Positions 9,122-17,864 of a DNA stretch of 64,000 nucleotides are shown here, in pieces. The translations under genes were made by a program, and so were the position numbers. The notes under the pieces are model-generated. The model had not been told where the DNA came from. It saw only the letters and a list, made by a program, of their open reading frames with translations, and made no database searches. This stretch comes from Bacteroidales bacterium (lineage in GTDB: Bacteria > Bacteroidota > Bacteroidia > Bacteroidales > UBA7960): assembly GCA_046291875.1 (NCBI GenBank), contig JBKBSF010000019.1:19111-83110 (forward strand), read 5' to 3'. The number at the start of each line of letters is the position of its first letter. Positions within the stretch are counted from its first letter, which is position 1.

Positions 9122-11689
9122 CTATTCAAGCCAGGCTTCCTGAAGATAAAACCGGATATTGTTTTCGGATCCATCGCCCTGCAAGGTGATCTGAAGAACC
9201 TCCAGATCGGAGGCAACCAAGGGTCCGTGATTTGTTATGGCCGCATGCCAGGGCTTAAACTCCGGATAAGGTCGGGGTATCATGGCAAACTGTCCTTCTT
9301 TGAAATCTTTCAGGGCAAGCCTATAGTTTTCTTGTTGTTCGTTCAGGATCAGGTCATGGGTAAAAACGTTTCCCGATTTATCTATCAGGCTAACCTCAAG
9401 CCGAACCGGGCCATTGCCCAGATTTGCACCCCTCATTACCAGGTACTCTTTCTGATTTAGCTCACTCTTTCTGCCTGCCACCTGATCGCGGAAGTTATAC
9501 TTTATGGTATGAATACGCGTACGGCCGGTACCATCCTGGTTGTTGGGAATTTGCTCCAGATCGTAAAACAACCATCCTTTCCCCTTTTCAAAAGCGGCCC
9601 GTAAATCAACTCCCCTTACCCATGGGCGAAGGGTTTCTTCATTGTCTGCCATGGCGCACCACAAGGCAATGGGTTTCCCTTCGGGGATAAAATGCATGGT
9701 ATAGGTGGTTTGATCGTAAAAATCCCAGTCGCCGGGTTTCCGGTCGATCCCTGCAGGAAACGTTCTCCAGTGATCACCAAAATCTATCACAACGAAATAA
9801 TGGAGTATCCCGTGTTTTGCAATTTCAGAAGGCAATGAAAGCTGGTAGATGTCATTGCCCAGATATTCTGCTTTCATCTGGCGATTGCCCAGTCTGTCCC
9901 ACATGGCTATGGTTACATTCCCGGGTTTGCGGGGGCTGATCAGTTCGAAACGGATGTGAGCCTCTGCACCGGCAGTAACCTGTGGGGCAGAATAGTTTTT
10001 CACCAGGGTAACCTCCAGGTTGCTTTCAGGTGCTACAAACTCATTCATCCTGATATTTCCCAGCATAGATTGAGGATCGATTCGCACGGTGTTTCCAGCA
10101 GCCTGGAGCAAATACACACCTGGCAGGACTTCGAACTGACTGTTGCGGGCCAATGCAGACAGGGTGTTACCTTCATCGATTCCCTTTACAGAAAATCCAC
10201 TGCCAAGCCCGGGCAAAGCAACTTGCATTGCTCTTTGGGTATGATGCACTGCTGCAACCTGCCGGTGGGGACTTACCCGTGCATAGGGGTCGCCGATCCA
10301 ATGGGCATCGGGCATCACTTCGAGCCGCCATACGCCAGGAGCCAGTTTGTCGAGGAAGTAGGCTCCTTTGCCATCGTAGCGCACCACCGCAGAATTGCCA
10401 TATCCGGCAATGGAGGTAAGACGGTTTACATCGGGAGGTACAGTTGGGGTATGGTTGGTATAATAAAACCTCTCAGGCGATACCAATTCTGCCAGATCTT
10501 CTTCATACCGTATGCGGAAGTTTGCGAAAGTATTGTTGTGTGGAAAGCTGCCAAAGTCGGCATAGCGTGGTACCTGGTGAAAGACCTGCGAGGCAATCAT
10601 AAGACTGATCGCCTTTTGAGGTGCGTAGGGAAGACTCATAAAGTGTGTGCCATAGTTGGTATTGAAGGGAGCCAGAAACATGGCATCGTAATCGAAATGA
10701 GTTGCCAGCTGCATCCCTGCCTGGCGAAAACTTCGCGCCATGGCCGGATACATATAGTTTCCTTCGGCGTCGGCAGCATCAAACTCATACACAATCTTCG
10801 CCATATTCCTGAAATCCAGATCATCGGCAAAGGGGATATGGTAGGTGCTCACATGAGGCAGAAAGTTTCCGTTGATCTGGCGATTGGCCACCAAGCCCGT
10901 AGGATACCATTGAAAAGTTCCTCCTTGCACATCTGCTTCCATGTAGGCCCGATAGAGGTGTATGCTGTGGGTTACATTGTAAAAGATGGGGGTTTGTGTT
11001 CCGGTTCGGCGCATGGATGCCACCATGCGATTGATGAAGTCTTTAACCTCCTCAACAGTACCAGGATGATGCGGCTCGTTGCTTACCTCAAAAGCAACCA
11101 CATCGGGATCGTCTTTGTAAGCAATGCCGGTGTATGGGTTTACATGATTGAGAAACTGATACAGGTAGTTCTCCTGCGCTTTTATGGCATCGGGATGAGT
11201 AAGACAACCCGCCTTGCCATATTTGCGTGCAAAACCTGGCGTATCGAAATCGGGTTCAGGCCAGCCGTTGCCCCAAAAGGCAATGGGTGTAATTACGAAC
11301 TTCATACCGCGCTGCTTCATCTCGGCAACAGCAAAATCGAAAAGCCTCAGATGCTCGTTGTGCAATAAGTTGCCCAGCGTATCGGAGATCTCGGTATCCC
11401 AAACATGCACCCGGTACAAATTAAAACCCAAACGTGCAAAATGATACACATCCTGCCTGATAGCTTCTTCGTGATTTACCCCCATCCTTTTGGCCATGCG
11501 AAAGGCATGAGCAAATGGGGTTGAATAGTTTACCCCAAATCCATGGATCTCACTGTTATCGGCCCTCCAACGCAGCACACCCTGTGCATCCACATAAGTT
11601 GAATGCTCTGTTGCTGACTGTGAAAGTACCGTTTGCAAGGCAAAAACAAGCAGTAGTACCGCCAGGAAAAATCGTTTATTCAGCATCAT
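9122..11689 (-). CDS. secreted glycoside hydrolase, clan GH-A-like TIM barrel plus a large C-terminal beta-rich region; CAZy family not assignable by eye
   Basis: 855 aa with signal peptide MMLNKRFFLAVLLLVFALQTVLSQ. YHFARLGFNLYRVHVWD and VVAFEVSNEPHH (NEP acid/base-type motif) suggest a clan GH-A enzyme. Last gene of the galactan PUL strand. Confidence 0.65.
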   Translation of the reverse strand: MMLNKRFFLAVLLLVFALQTVLSQSATEHSTYVDAQGVLRWRADNSEIHGFGVNYSTPFAHAFRMAKRMGVNHEEAIRQDVYHFARLGFNLYRVHVWDTEISDTLGNLLHNEHLRLFDFAVAEMKQRGMKFVITPIAFWGNGWPEPDFDTPGFARKYGKAGCLTHPDAIKAQENYLYQFLNHVNPYTGIAYKDDPDVVAFEVSNEPHHPGTVEEVKDFINRMVASMRRTGTQTPIFYNVTHSIHLYRAYMEADVQGGTFQWYPTGLVANRQINGNFLPHVSTYHIPFADDLDFRNMAKIVYEFDAADAEGNYMYPAMARSFRQAGMQLATHFDYDAMFLAPFNTNYGTHFMSLPYAPQKAISLMIASQVFHQVPRYADFGSFPHNNTFANFRIRYEEDLAELVSPERFYYTNHTPTVPPDVNRLTSIAGYGNSAVVRYDGKGAYFLDKLAPGVWRLEVMPDAHWIGDPYARVSPHRQVAAVHHTQRAMQVALPGLGSGFSVKGIDEGNTLSALARNSQFEVLPGVYLLQAAGNTVRIDPQSMLGNIRMNEFVAPESNLEVTLVKNYSAPQVTAGAEAHIRFELISPRKPGNVTIAMWDRLGNRQMKAEYLGNDIYQLSLPSEIAKHGILHYFVVIDFGDHWRTFPAGIDRKPGDWDFYDQTTYTMHFIPEGKPIALWCAMADNEETLRPWVRGVDLRAAFEKGKGWLFYDLEQIPNNQDGTGRTRIHTIKYNFRDQVAGRKSELNQKEYLVMRGANLGNGPVRLEVSLIDKSGNVFTHDLILNEQQENYRLALKDFKEGQFAMIPRPYPEFKPWHAAITNHGPLVASDLEVLQITLQGDGSENNIRFYLQEAWLE

Positions 11690-11760
11690 TAAAAAGTTTA
11701 ATTAGTTCTTCATAGAGCGGTGAAAACAACCGGAGTTGTCCCCCATCGCAAAAGAGTAAA

Positions 11761-11793
11761 AGTGACGGGGTGAAATTTAATCACCCCGTCACT
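11761..11793 (-). terminator. hairpin (13-bp stem) downstream of the SusE/F-like gene
   Basis: AGTGACGGGGTGA-aatttaa-TCACCCCGTCACT, followed on the minus strand by the T-rich TTTACTCTTTTG. Confidence 0.55.
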
Positions 11794-11799
11794 GGATTA

Positions 11800-12849
11800 T
11801 TAATTCTTTATTACTTCATAATTGTAAGGCACATTGTGCAGATCAAGCACAATAGTATAATTGCCCGCTTCGCTGATGGGGATATTATTACCATCGTGCC
11901 CGGGATCGAGCACACCATCCAGATCGTCATCACCATAAATCAATGACCAGTTTTCGTTGGCAATGAATTTAAAGCCCCCAGCGGTAACATCCATGGTAAT
12001 GGACCAGGTTTTTGATTGTACATCGAACTGCATAGGAGTAAATGACCATCCATTGAAGTCGCCGGTTACAGCCCATTCGGTAGTATATAACTGGTAGGTA
12101 AGATTGTCGAGGTTGGCAATGATTCTGTAGTAGCCAACCCCTTGTGTGGCAAAAATATTATTACCGCCCCAGTTGCCTACCTGCAGGGTACCGGAAGTAC
12201 CACTTTCGTTCGGATCGCCAATTACCTCTTCTTCCACCCAGTCGGGCACGAACGACATTTTGAAGCCATTCCAGTTTTCGCCATTGTCCATCCAGATATA
12301 ACCCTCGTAAATGTTATTACTCTTGAAAGAGTAGAGGTGATCTGTAAAGGACCAGCCGTTATGATCGCCTGCCAGATACAGTTTTGGAAAATCAAGAACC
12401 ACATCCAGCGGAACGAAGTTAATGTTTACCACATTGGATTCTGCAACCAGCTCGGCACTTATACTGGCAATTACCTTAAACTGTACTGCAGCTGTTTCGC
12501 CGGGCAATGCCCCCAAGGCCAGCAATGATTGATTGATGCGCGAAACCAGCATAGAATGATTGAGCAACTTGGTGGTTCCCAGCGATACTGATTGCTGGAA
12601 ATTGTTGGATGCCAGATCCATGCGCAATACATAATCCGGATTACGGTGCTGAAATCCGAAATCTGCCGCAACCCAGTTGAAGGCAGCGAACACATCATCG
12701 ATGTTATCCTGGGTGATACCAAAGGTTGAGTTTGCGTGCGTATTGGATAGCACCGGAGGGGTTATTTCACCCATCGTTACCATGTCTCTGTCGTAGCAAG
12801 CTGTAAGCAGCAGCATCAGCACCAGGGGGAGCAGAAAGATCTTTTTCAT
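11800..12849 (-). CDS. SusE/SusF-family surface glycan-binding lipoprotein
   Basis: I prefer the internal start MKKIFLLPLVLMLLLTACYD (lipobox) at 12849 over the track start at 12966. Has a SusE-like N-domain and two C-terminal GDHNGWSF / GDFNGWSF repeats typical of SusE/F CBM-like domains. Immediately downstream of SusD. Confidence 0.7.
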   Translation of the reverse strand: MKKIFLLPLVLMLLLTACYDRDMVTMGEITPPVLSNTHANSTFGITQDNIDDVFAAFNWVAADFGFQHRNPDYVLRMDLASNNFQQSVSLGTTKLLNHSMLVSRINQSLLALGALPGETAAVQFKVIASISAELVAESNVVNINFVPLDVVLDFPKLYLAGDHNGWSFTDHLYSFKSNNIYEGYIWMDNGENWNGFKMSFVPDWVEEEVIGDPNESGTSGTLQVGNWGGNNIFATQGVGYYRIIANLDNLTYQLYTTEWAVTGDFNGWSFTPMQFDVQSKTWSITMDVTAGGFKFIANENWSLIYGDDDLDGVLDPGHDGNNIPISEAGNYTIVLDLHNVPYNYEVIKN

Positions 12850-13122
12850 CTGAAAAAGGCTTACCAGAGATGGGGAGAAGAACATATCCCGGTTTATTTT
12901 CGGGAGCACCTGCATGATTTTACGTTCATGCGGGTTTGCGTTATTGTGAAAACATGTTCGTTTCATCAGAATATAATTTGATTAAGTAATTGGTCTGATG
13001 GAACATCCTGAATTGTCATCCTCGTGTGTGTTAAGGGATTTATCATGGATGTTTCATATTTTTGAACTTTGATAATGTTTTGCTTTACTGCAGAAGAGAG
13101 GCTCCTGCAGCGTGGAAATTTA

Positions 13123-14709
13123 TTAATACCCGTTTTGCTGCAGGTTGGGATTGGCGGCGATATCCGATGCTGGAATAGGGAACCAATTGTATCGGTCGGC
13201 CAGGGCACGACCTTCGTAAACCCCTCCTTTCCATTCCCACATATAATCGCCACTGGTAAATTTTCCGAACCTTACCAGGTCGGTGCGCCGATGGCCCTCC
13301 CAATAAAATTCGCGGGCCCGCTCATCGAGAATAAAATCCAGGGTAAGCTCAGATGCCGTAATACGCCCTGAGGTATTTCCATAGGCTCTGTCGCGAATGG
13401 CATTAACTGCTTCAAGAGCCTGAGCCGGGGTACCCCCCTGCCCTCCTCTGAGCACTGCTTCGGCAAACATCAGGTAGGCATCGGCTACCCTGAAGAGCGG
13501 GAAATCAATGTCCATATGCAGATTGTTGGATCCCAGCTGACCTGTAGAAGTGATGTTCTTATACTTCATTACCGAAAAGCCATTGGTAAACTGGGCAATG
13601 TCGTCGGTGGTAATGGTGCGCCCTTCTGTAAAAAACATGGCTCTTTTGTCGGTTGCTCCTGTGTAATCATCAAATTTCTCGATGAGTTGTTTCCTTGCCC
13701 GATTGCCACCCCAGGGGTTTATGCCGTAAGAAGCTGCATCCATATCAGAAGACCATGAAGAACATGCGATCATGGTTACACCTCCCCAGGTCTGTGCATT
13801 GAGCCCATCGGCCACCACCGGAAAAATAACACCCTTGGCGTTGTGATTATCCGCCAGGAAAAGGTTCTGGTATACCGGATCAAGCTCGTAAGCCGATTCC
13901 ATGACTTTGCGAGCGTAGGTAACGGCCTCCGTATAGCGGGTTGCGCCTGTATAAACTCCGGCATTGAGATAGAGTTTGGCAAGGATCATCCAGGCACTGG
14001 CCCGGTCGATACGCCCGTAAACATTGGCCAGGGGCTGCAGCAAAAGATCCTCAAGCTCTAACAATTCGCTTTCAACATAATCAAACAAATCGATTTTGGA
14101 TATCTGTGGAGGGAGGAAGGCTCCGATGGGATCATTTTCCGTAACAAAGGGCACACTTCCATAGAAATCAAGGGCGTGGTAATAACTCAGGGCCCTTAAC
14201 AAACGAGCCTCGGCGCGGTAGAGTGCAATTTCGGTCCGGATGGCTTCACTGAAGCCCCGCTCTGCGAGTTTGGCCGGTGTTGTCTCTCTTATAAACTCAT
14301 TGGCCAGCGTAATTTGATAATAGATGCGCGAATACATCCCCAGATTCACCTCGTTGGAGGGGGTCCAGTTGTTGGTTTGCAATTCGGGTATACCCGGATC
14401 ATTCCAAACCCAGAGCGCCATTTCGGTAGTAAGGTCTTGCATATACCAAAAGGCGCGGATATAGTTGGAAGCTCCTTCGTCAACCCCCAGCACATCCTGG
14501 TCTCCATCGGGCCCTACCTGGCCGGTGAGCGATAATCCGCCGTAAAGCTTGGCCAGCACCATCTCGTAATTGGCCGGATCATTATAAAAAGTGGCTGATG
14601 TAATAACATTCTCATCAAGGGGTACGGTGTCAAGATCCTTTAGGCAGGATGTAAACAACATAACACTGCCCATGAGTAAGGATAAGGATAAAATATATCG
14701 TGTCTTCAT
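13123..14709 (-). CDS. susD: SusD/RagB-family nutrient-binding outer-membrane lipoprotein
   Basis: 528 aa with lipobox LFTSCLKD. Shows a TPR-like SusD pattern (LAKLYLNAGVY, RAEARLLRALSYYHALDFYG, FYWEGHRRTDLVRF). 11 nt downstream of SusC. Confidence 0.9.
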   Translation of the reverse strand: MKTRYILSLSLLMGSVMLFTSCLKDLDTVPLDENVITSATFYNDPANYEMVLAKLYGGLSLTGQVGPDGDQDVLGVDEGASNYIRAFWYMQDLTTEMALWVWNDPGIPELQTNNWTPSNEVNLGMYSRIYYQITLANEFIRETTPAKLAERGFSEAIRTEIALYRAEARLLRALSYYHALDFYGSVPFVTENDPIGAFLPPQISKIDLFDYVESELLELEDLLLQPLANVYGRIDRASAWMILAKLYLNAGVYTGATRYTEAVTYARKVMESAYELDPVYQNLFLADNHNAKGVIFPVVADGLNAQTWGGVTMIACSSWSSDMDAASYGINPWGGNRARKQLIEKFDDYTGATDKRAMFFTEGRTITTDDIAQFTNGFSVMKYKNITSTGQLGSNNLHMDIDFPLFRVADAYLMFAEAVLRGGQGGTPAQALEAVNAIRDRAYGNTSGRITASELTLDFILDERAREFYWEGHRRTDLVRFGKFTSGDYMWEWKGGVYEGRALADRYNWFPIPASDIAANPNLQQNGY

Positions 14710-14720
14710 TGCTCTATGGT

Positions 14721-17696
14721 TTAAAATTCAAAATTAACACCCAGTACAAAAGTGGTAGGACGAGGATATATATTGATATCCATGCCATTGAACACCTCCG
14801 GATCGAGGCCCTTATAACCGGTTAAAACGAAAAGGTTCTGTACAGTAAATGACAATCTGAGGTTGGTGTTGGCACTGACAATATCACCAAACTGATATCC
14901 CAGCGACACAAAATCCATCCGGAAGAAAGAGGCATCTCTTACATAATAATCGGAAAGCAACTGCTGCGAATTGAAACGGGTATCCAGCACACTTACCGGC
15001 ATATTCTGAATATAAGGTGGATTGTAGGTGTATTGGAAGTTGGCATTGGAGGCCACAAAATCGTTGTACACAAAATTGCCTATACTTGCTCTTCCAGAGA
15101 AGGCAAAATCCCATTTACCGTATTGAAGCCTGGAGGAAATACCCAGCAGATAATCGGGGGCAGAAGAGAAGAAGTGATATCTGTCTTCAATGGTGATTTC
15201 GCCATCACCATCCCTATCCACATAAACTCCTGGGATAGGATTTCCATCGGCATCATACACCTGCTGAAAAACGAAGAACGAATTGGCAGGCCTTCCTACG
15301 CTATGAATCTTTGCATAGTTTCCGGTACCGCCCGAGATAACACCCAGAAATGCACCCTGGTAGCTGGGATTGTCTACAATGGTTAGTTTGGTGATTTCAT
15401 TGATATTTCGGGTGAAATTAAAGCCAATCTCCCATGTTCTTTCGCGTGTGGCAACAGGAATAACATTGAGGTTAAACTCAATACCACGATTCTCCATGGT
15501 ACCCACATTGGTAAGAAGAACATTGGTAAAGTTTGTACCGGCAGCCACCGGGATTTCGTTGATCAGGTCGCGGGTTTCGCGGTGATATAGTTCAACTGAA
15601 CCATTGATTCTCTCGTTGAAGAAACCATAGTCCAACCCGATATTGAGGGTAGTGGTTTCTTCCCATTTCAGATCAGCATCATACCCGGCAGGGCGCGCCA
15701 TGGTAACCCAGCGGTTGCCAAAAAGGTAGCGGGCGGTTTCCATACTATAGCTGTAGCGAGCCAGATAGGGATAGTCGTCGCTGGTTATATATTGCTGGCC
15801 GGTGATGCCATACCCCATCCTTAAGCGGAGGTTGGAAAGAGATCCGGCCCGGCTCATGAAATCCTCTTCACTAATGCGCCATGCGGCTGCAAAGGAGGGG
15901 AAAGTACCCCAGCGATTGTCAGGCGACAGGCGCGAGGTGCCATCATGCCTTAGTGTCATGGTTAGCAGGTATTTGTCCATAAGGGAGTAATTGACCCTTC
16001 CGAAGAATGAAATAAGGTAGCTTTCGGTGGGAGCTGTTCTTTCAGGGTCAATAATATACTGCTGGTTTACACTGGTAGCCTTCCAGTAATCTTCGCGCCA
16101 GAAATGCTGCCAGGAATATCCACCCATTACATCCAGACGACTGCGCAATGCAGGCAGTTCGGTGTTGTAATTCAGATAAAAATCGAGCAGTGAGTTGCTT
16201 TTAGACTGGCTGTAGGTGCGGTCCAGACCACTGATGTCGGTGCCATCGGAAGCACGACGGTATTCAAAGGCAGCATTGGTGGGAACAAACACCGAACCTT
16301 CGGAAGAGGAAACATCGTAGCCCATGTTGAGGGTAGCCTGCAATTGGGGCAGGAATGGGAGCTTGTAATCAAACTTTAAGCTTCCTATGCTACGCATTAC
16401 GTCGGATAGGTCTTCTGTAAGATTGAGCTGTGCAACAGGATTGGTAGGTGCAAAGCTGGCGGGCCGCCCTCCATCCATCCAGGTGGTATAACCTGCATAG
16501 GGGCTGTTTTCGTCAAGAACGGGTTTGGTAGGATCGAACAATATGGCATTGCCAATGGCACTTGTAGAAGCAAATCGGTTGTGGGTATAAACACCTCTTA
16601 CGCTCAGGCTAACCTTCAGATCATCATTAAGAAACGAGGGGTTAGCATTGAGGGCTCCCGAGTAGCGGTTCATGGAGGAGGTCATCAGCAATCCCGATTG
16701 CCCTGAATATCCTAAAGACACCCGGTAGGGGATATTAAGAGCAGCTCCCGACATACTGAAATTATGATCGGTACCGGAAGCGGTTCTGAATATTTCGTCT
16801 TGCCAGTTGGTGCTGGCATTTCCCAGCAAAGCAACGGCACTGGAATTCTCACCATAGCGTTCAATCATGATACTACGGTAGGCCTGAGCATCAAACACTT
16901 CAATCTGATTGGTTTTGATACCCATCGAAACATTGGAGTTGTAAGAAAAACGGGTTCTTCCAGGTGCTCCCTGTTTGGTGGTAATGATGATAACTCCGTT
17001 AGATGCCCTCGATCCATAAATGGCGGTGGCAGAAGCATCCTTAAGTACGGTAAAGGATTCGATATCGTTGGGGTTGATCGTACTCAGCGGGTTTCTCATT
17101 CCGGAAACGCCATCATTGTCTACGGCCACTCCATCAATCACAATAAGAGGGTCGTTGCTTGCAGACAAAGAGGAGCCTCCTCGTATGCGAATGGTGGCAC
17201 CACTTCCCGGAGCTCCTCCGCTGGTGGTAATTTGCACACCCGATACTTTCCCTGCCAGCAATTCCTGTGGGGTAGTAATCGCACCCTGGTTGAAATCTTT
17301 GGCACTAACGGAAGAAATGGCCCCCGTGGCATCGCCACGGCGCACCTGGCCGTAGCCGATCACCACAACCTCCTGCAATGTGGATACATCGGGCATCAAC
17401 TGTACGTTCAATGAGGTTTGCCCCTCAATAACAATCAGTTCGGGCACCATACCCACTACAGTTATTTGCAGGACTTCGCCATCGGACACCTGCAGGCTGA
17501 AGGTTCCATCGGTGCCAGACACCGTGCCTCGTTGTGTTCCCTGCACTACAATGGTAGCTCCGGGGATGGTTTCTCCGGTTCGGTACTCAGTGATTCTCCC
17601 TGAGAGGGTTCTCTGCTGAGCCTGTGCCGGAAGGCTAAAAGCCAGGATCAGTAAGCACAAACCCAGCAACTTCAGGTTCTGTAATTTACTTTTCAT
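14721..17696 (-). CDS. susC: SusC/RagA-family TonB-dependent transporter
   Basis: 991 aa with a signal peptide. CarboxypepD_reg-like LSGRITEYRTGETIPGATIVVQG, plug motifs (AITTPQELLAGKVSGVQI, IRIRGGSSLSASNDPLIVIDG, ASATAIYGSRASNGVIIITTK), and a C-terminal ...VLGVNFEF. Confidence 0.95.
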   Translation of the reverse strand: MKSKLQNLKLLGLCLLILAFSLPAQAQQRTLSGRITEYRTGETIPGATIVVQGTQRGTVSGTDGTFSLQVSDGEVLQITVVGMVPELIVIEGQTSLNVQLMPDVSTLQEVVVIGYGQVRRGDATGAISSVSAKDFNQGAITTPQELLAGKVSGVQITTSGGAPGSGATIRIRGGSSLSASNDPLIVIDGVAVDNDGVSGMRNPLSTINPNDIESFTVLKDASATAIYGSRASNGVIIITTKQGAPGRTRFSYNSNVSMGIKTNQIEVFDAQAYRSIMIERYGENSSAVALLGNASTNWQDEIFRTASGTDHNFSMSGAALNIPYRVSLGYSGQSGLLMTSSMNRYSGALNANPSFLNDDLKVSLSVRGVYTHNRFASTSAIGNAILFDPTKPVLDENSPYAGYTTWMDGGRPASFAPTNPVAQLNLTEDLSDVMRSIGSLKFDYKLPFLPQLQATLNMGYDVSSSEGSVFVPTNAAFEYRRASDGTDISGLDRTYSQSKSNSLLDFYLNYNTELPALRSRLDVMGGYSWQHFWREDYWKATSVNQQYIIDPERTAPTESYLISFFGRVNYSLMDKYLLTMTLRHDGTSRLSPDNRWGTFPSFAAAWRISEEDFMSRAGSLSNLRLRMGYGITGQQYITSDDYPYLARYSYSMETARYLFGNRWVTMARPAGYDADLKWEETTTLNIGLDYGFFNERINGSVELYHRETRDLINEIPVAAGTNFTNVLLTNVGTMENRGIEFNLNVIPVATRERTWEIGFNFTRNINEITKLTIVDNPSYQGAFLGVISGGTGNYAKIHSVGRPANSFFVFQQVYDADGNPIPGVYVDRDGDGEITIEDRYHFFSSAPDYLLGISSRLQYGKWDFAFSGRASIGNFVYNDFVASNANFQYTYNPPYIQNMPVSVLDTRFNSQQLLSDYYVRDASFFRMDFVSLGYQFGDIVSANTNLRLSFTVQNLFVLTGYKGLDPEVFNGMDINIYPRPTTFVLGVNFEF

Positions 17697-17864
17697 AGTG
17701 TTGTTGTTTAGTTGAGTTTTGGATTCAAGAGAATTGGTCTGGTATGATGGATGTAGCTCATCACAGATATTTTTTATTTGATCCTTCCAGAGGCACCCTA
17801 ACGGGTACCTCCTCAGCCAGGCCCATTGTTGTATGCAGCCTGGGGGTTGGAAATCTTATTGTTC

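Noticed and set aside
9956-11368. A 470-aa ORF on the plus strand, antisense to the 855-aa hydrolase gene.
   Set aside because: Its codon triplets are exactly in register with the sense gene (9956-9122 is a multiple of 3). Antisense stops would therefore require sense TTA, CTA or TCA codons, which this genome visibly avoids. The translation is low-complexity and motif-free, while the opposite strand carries a signal peptide and GH motifs. It is a codon-bias artefact.
12850-13253. Longer start for the SusE/F-like gene (12966), and the 95-aa ORF at 12966-13253 overlapping the susD 3' end.
   Set aside because: The lipoprotein signal peptide only makes sense from the ATG at 12849. The 95-aa ORF overlaps susD, and I saw no supporting features for it.
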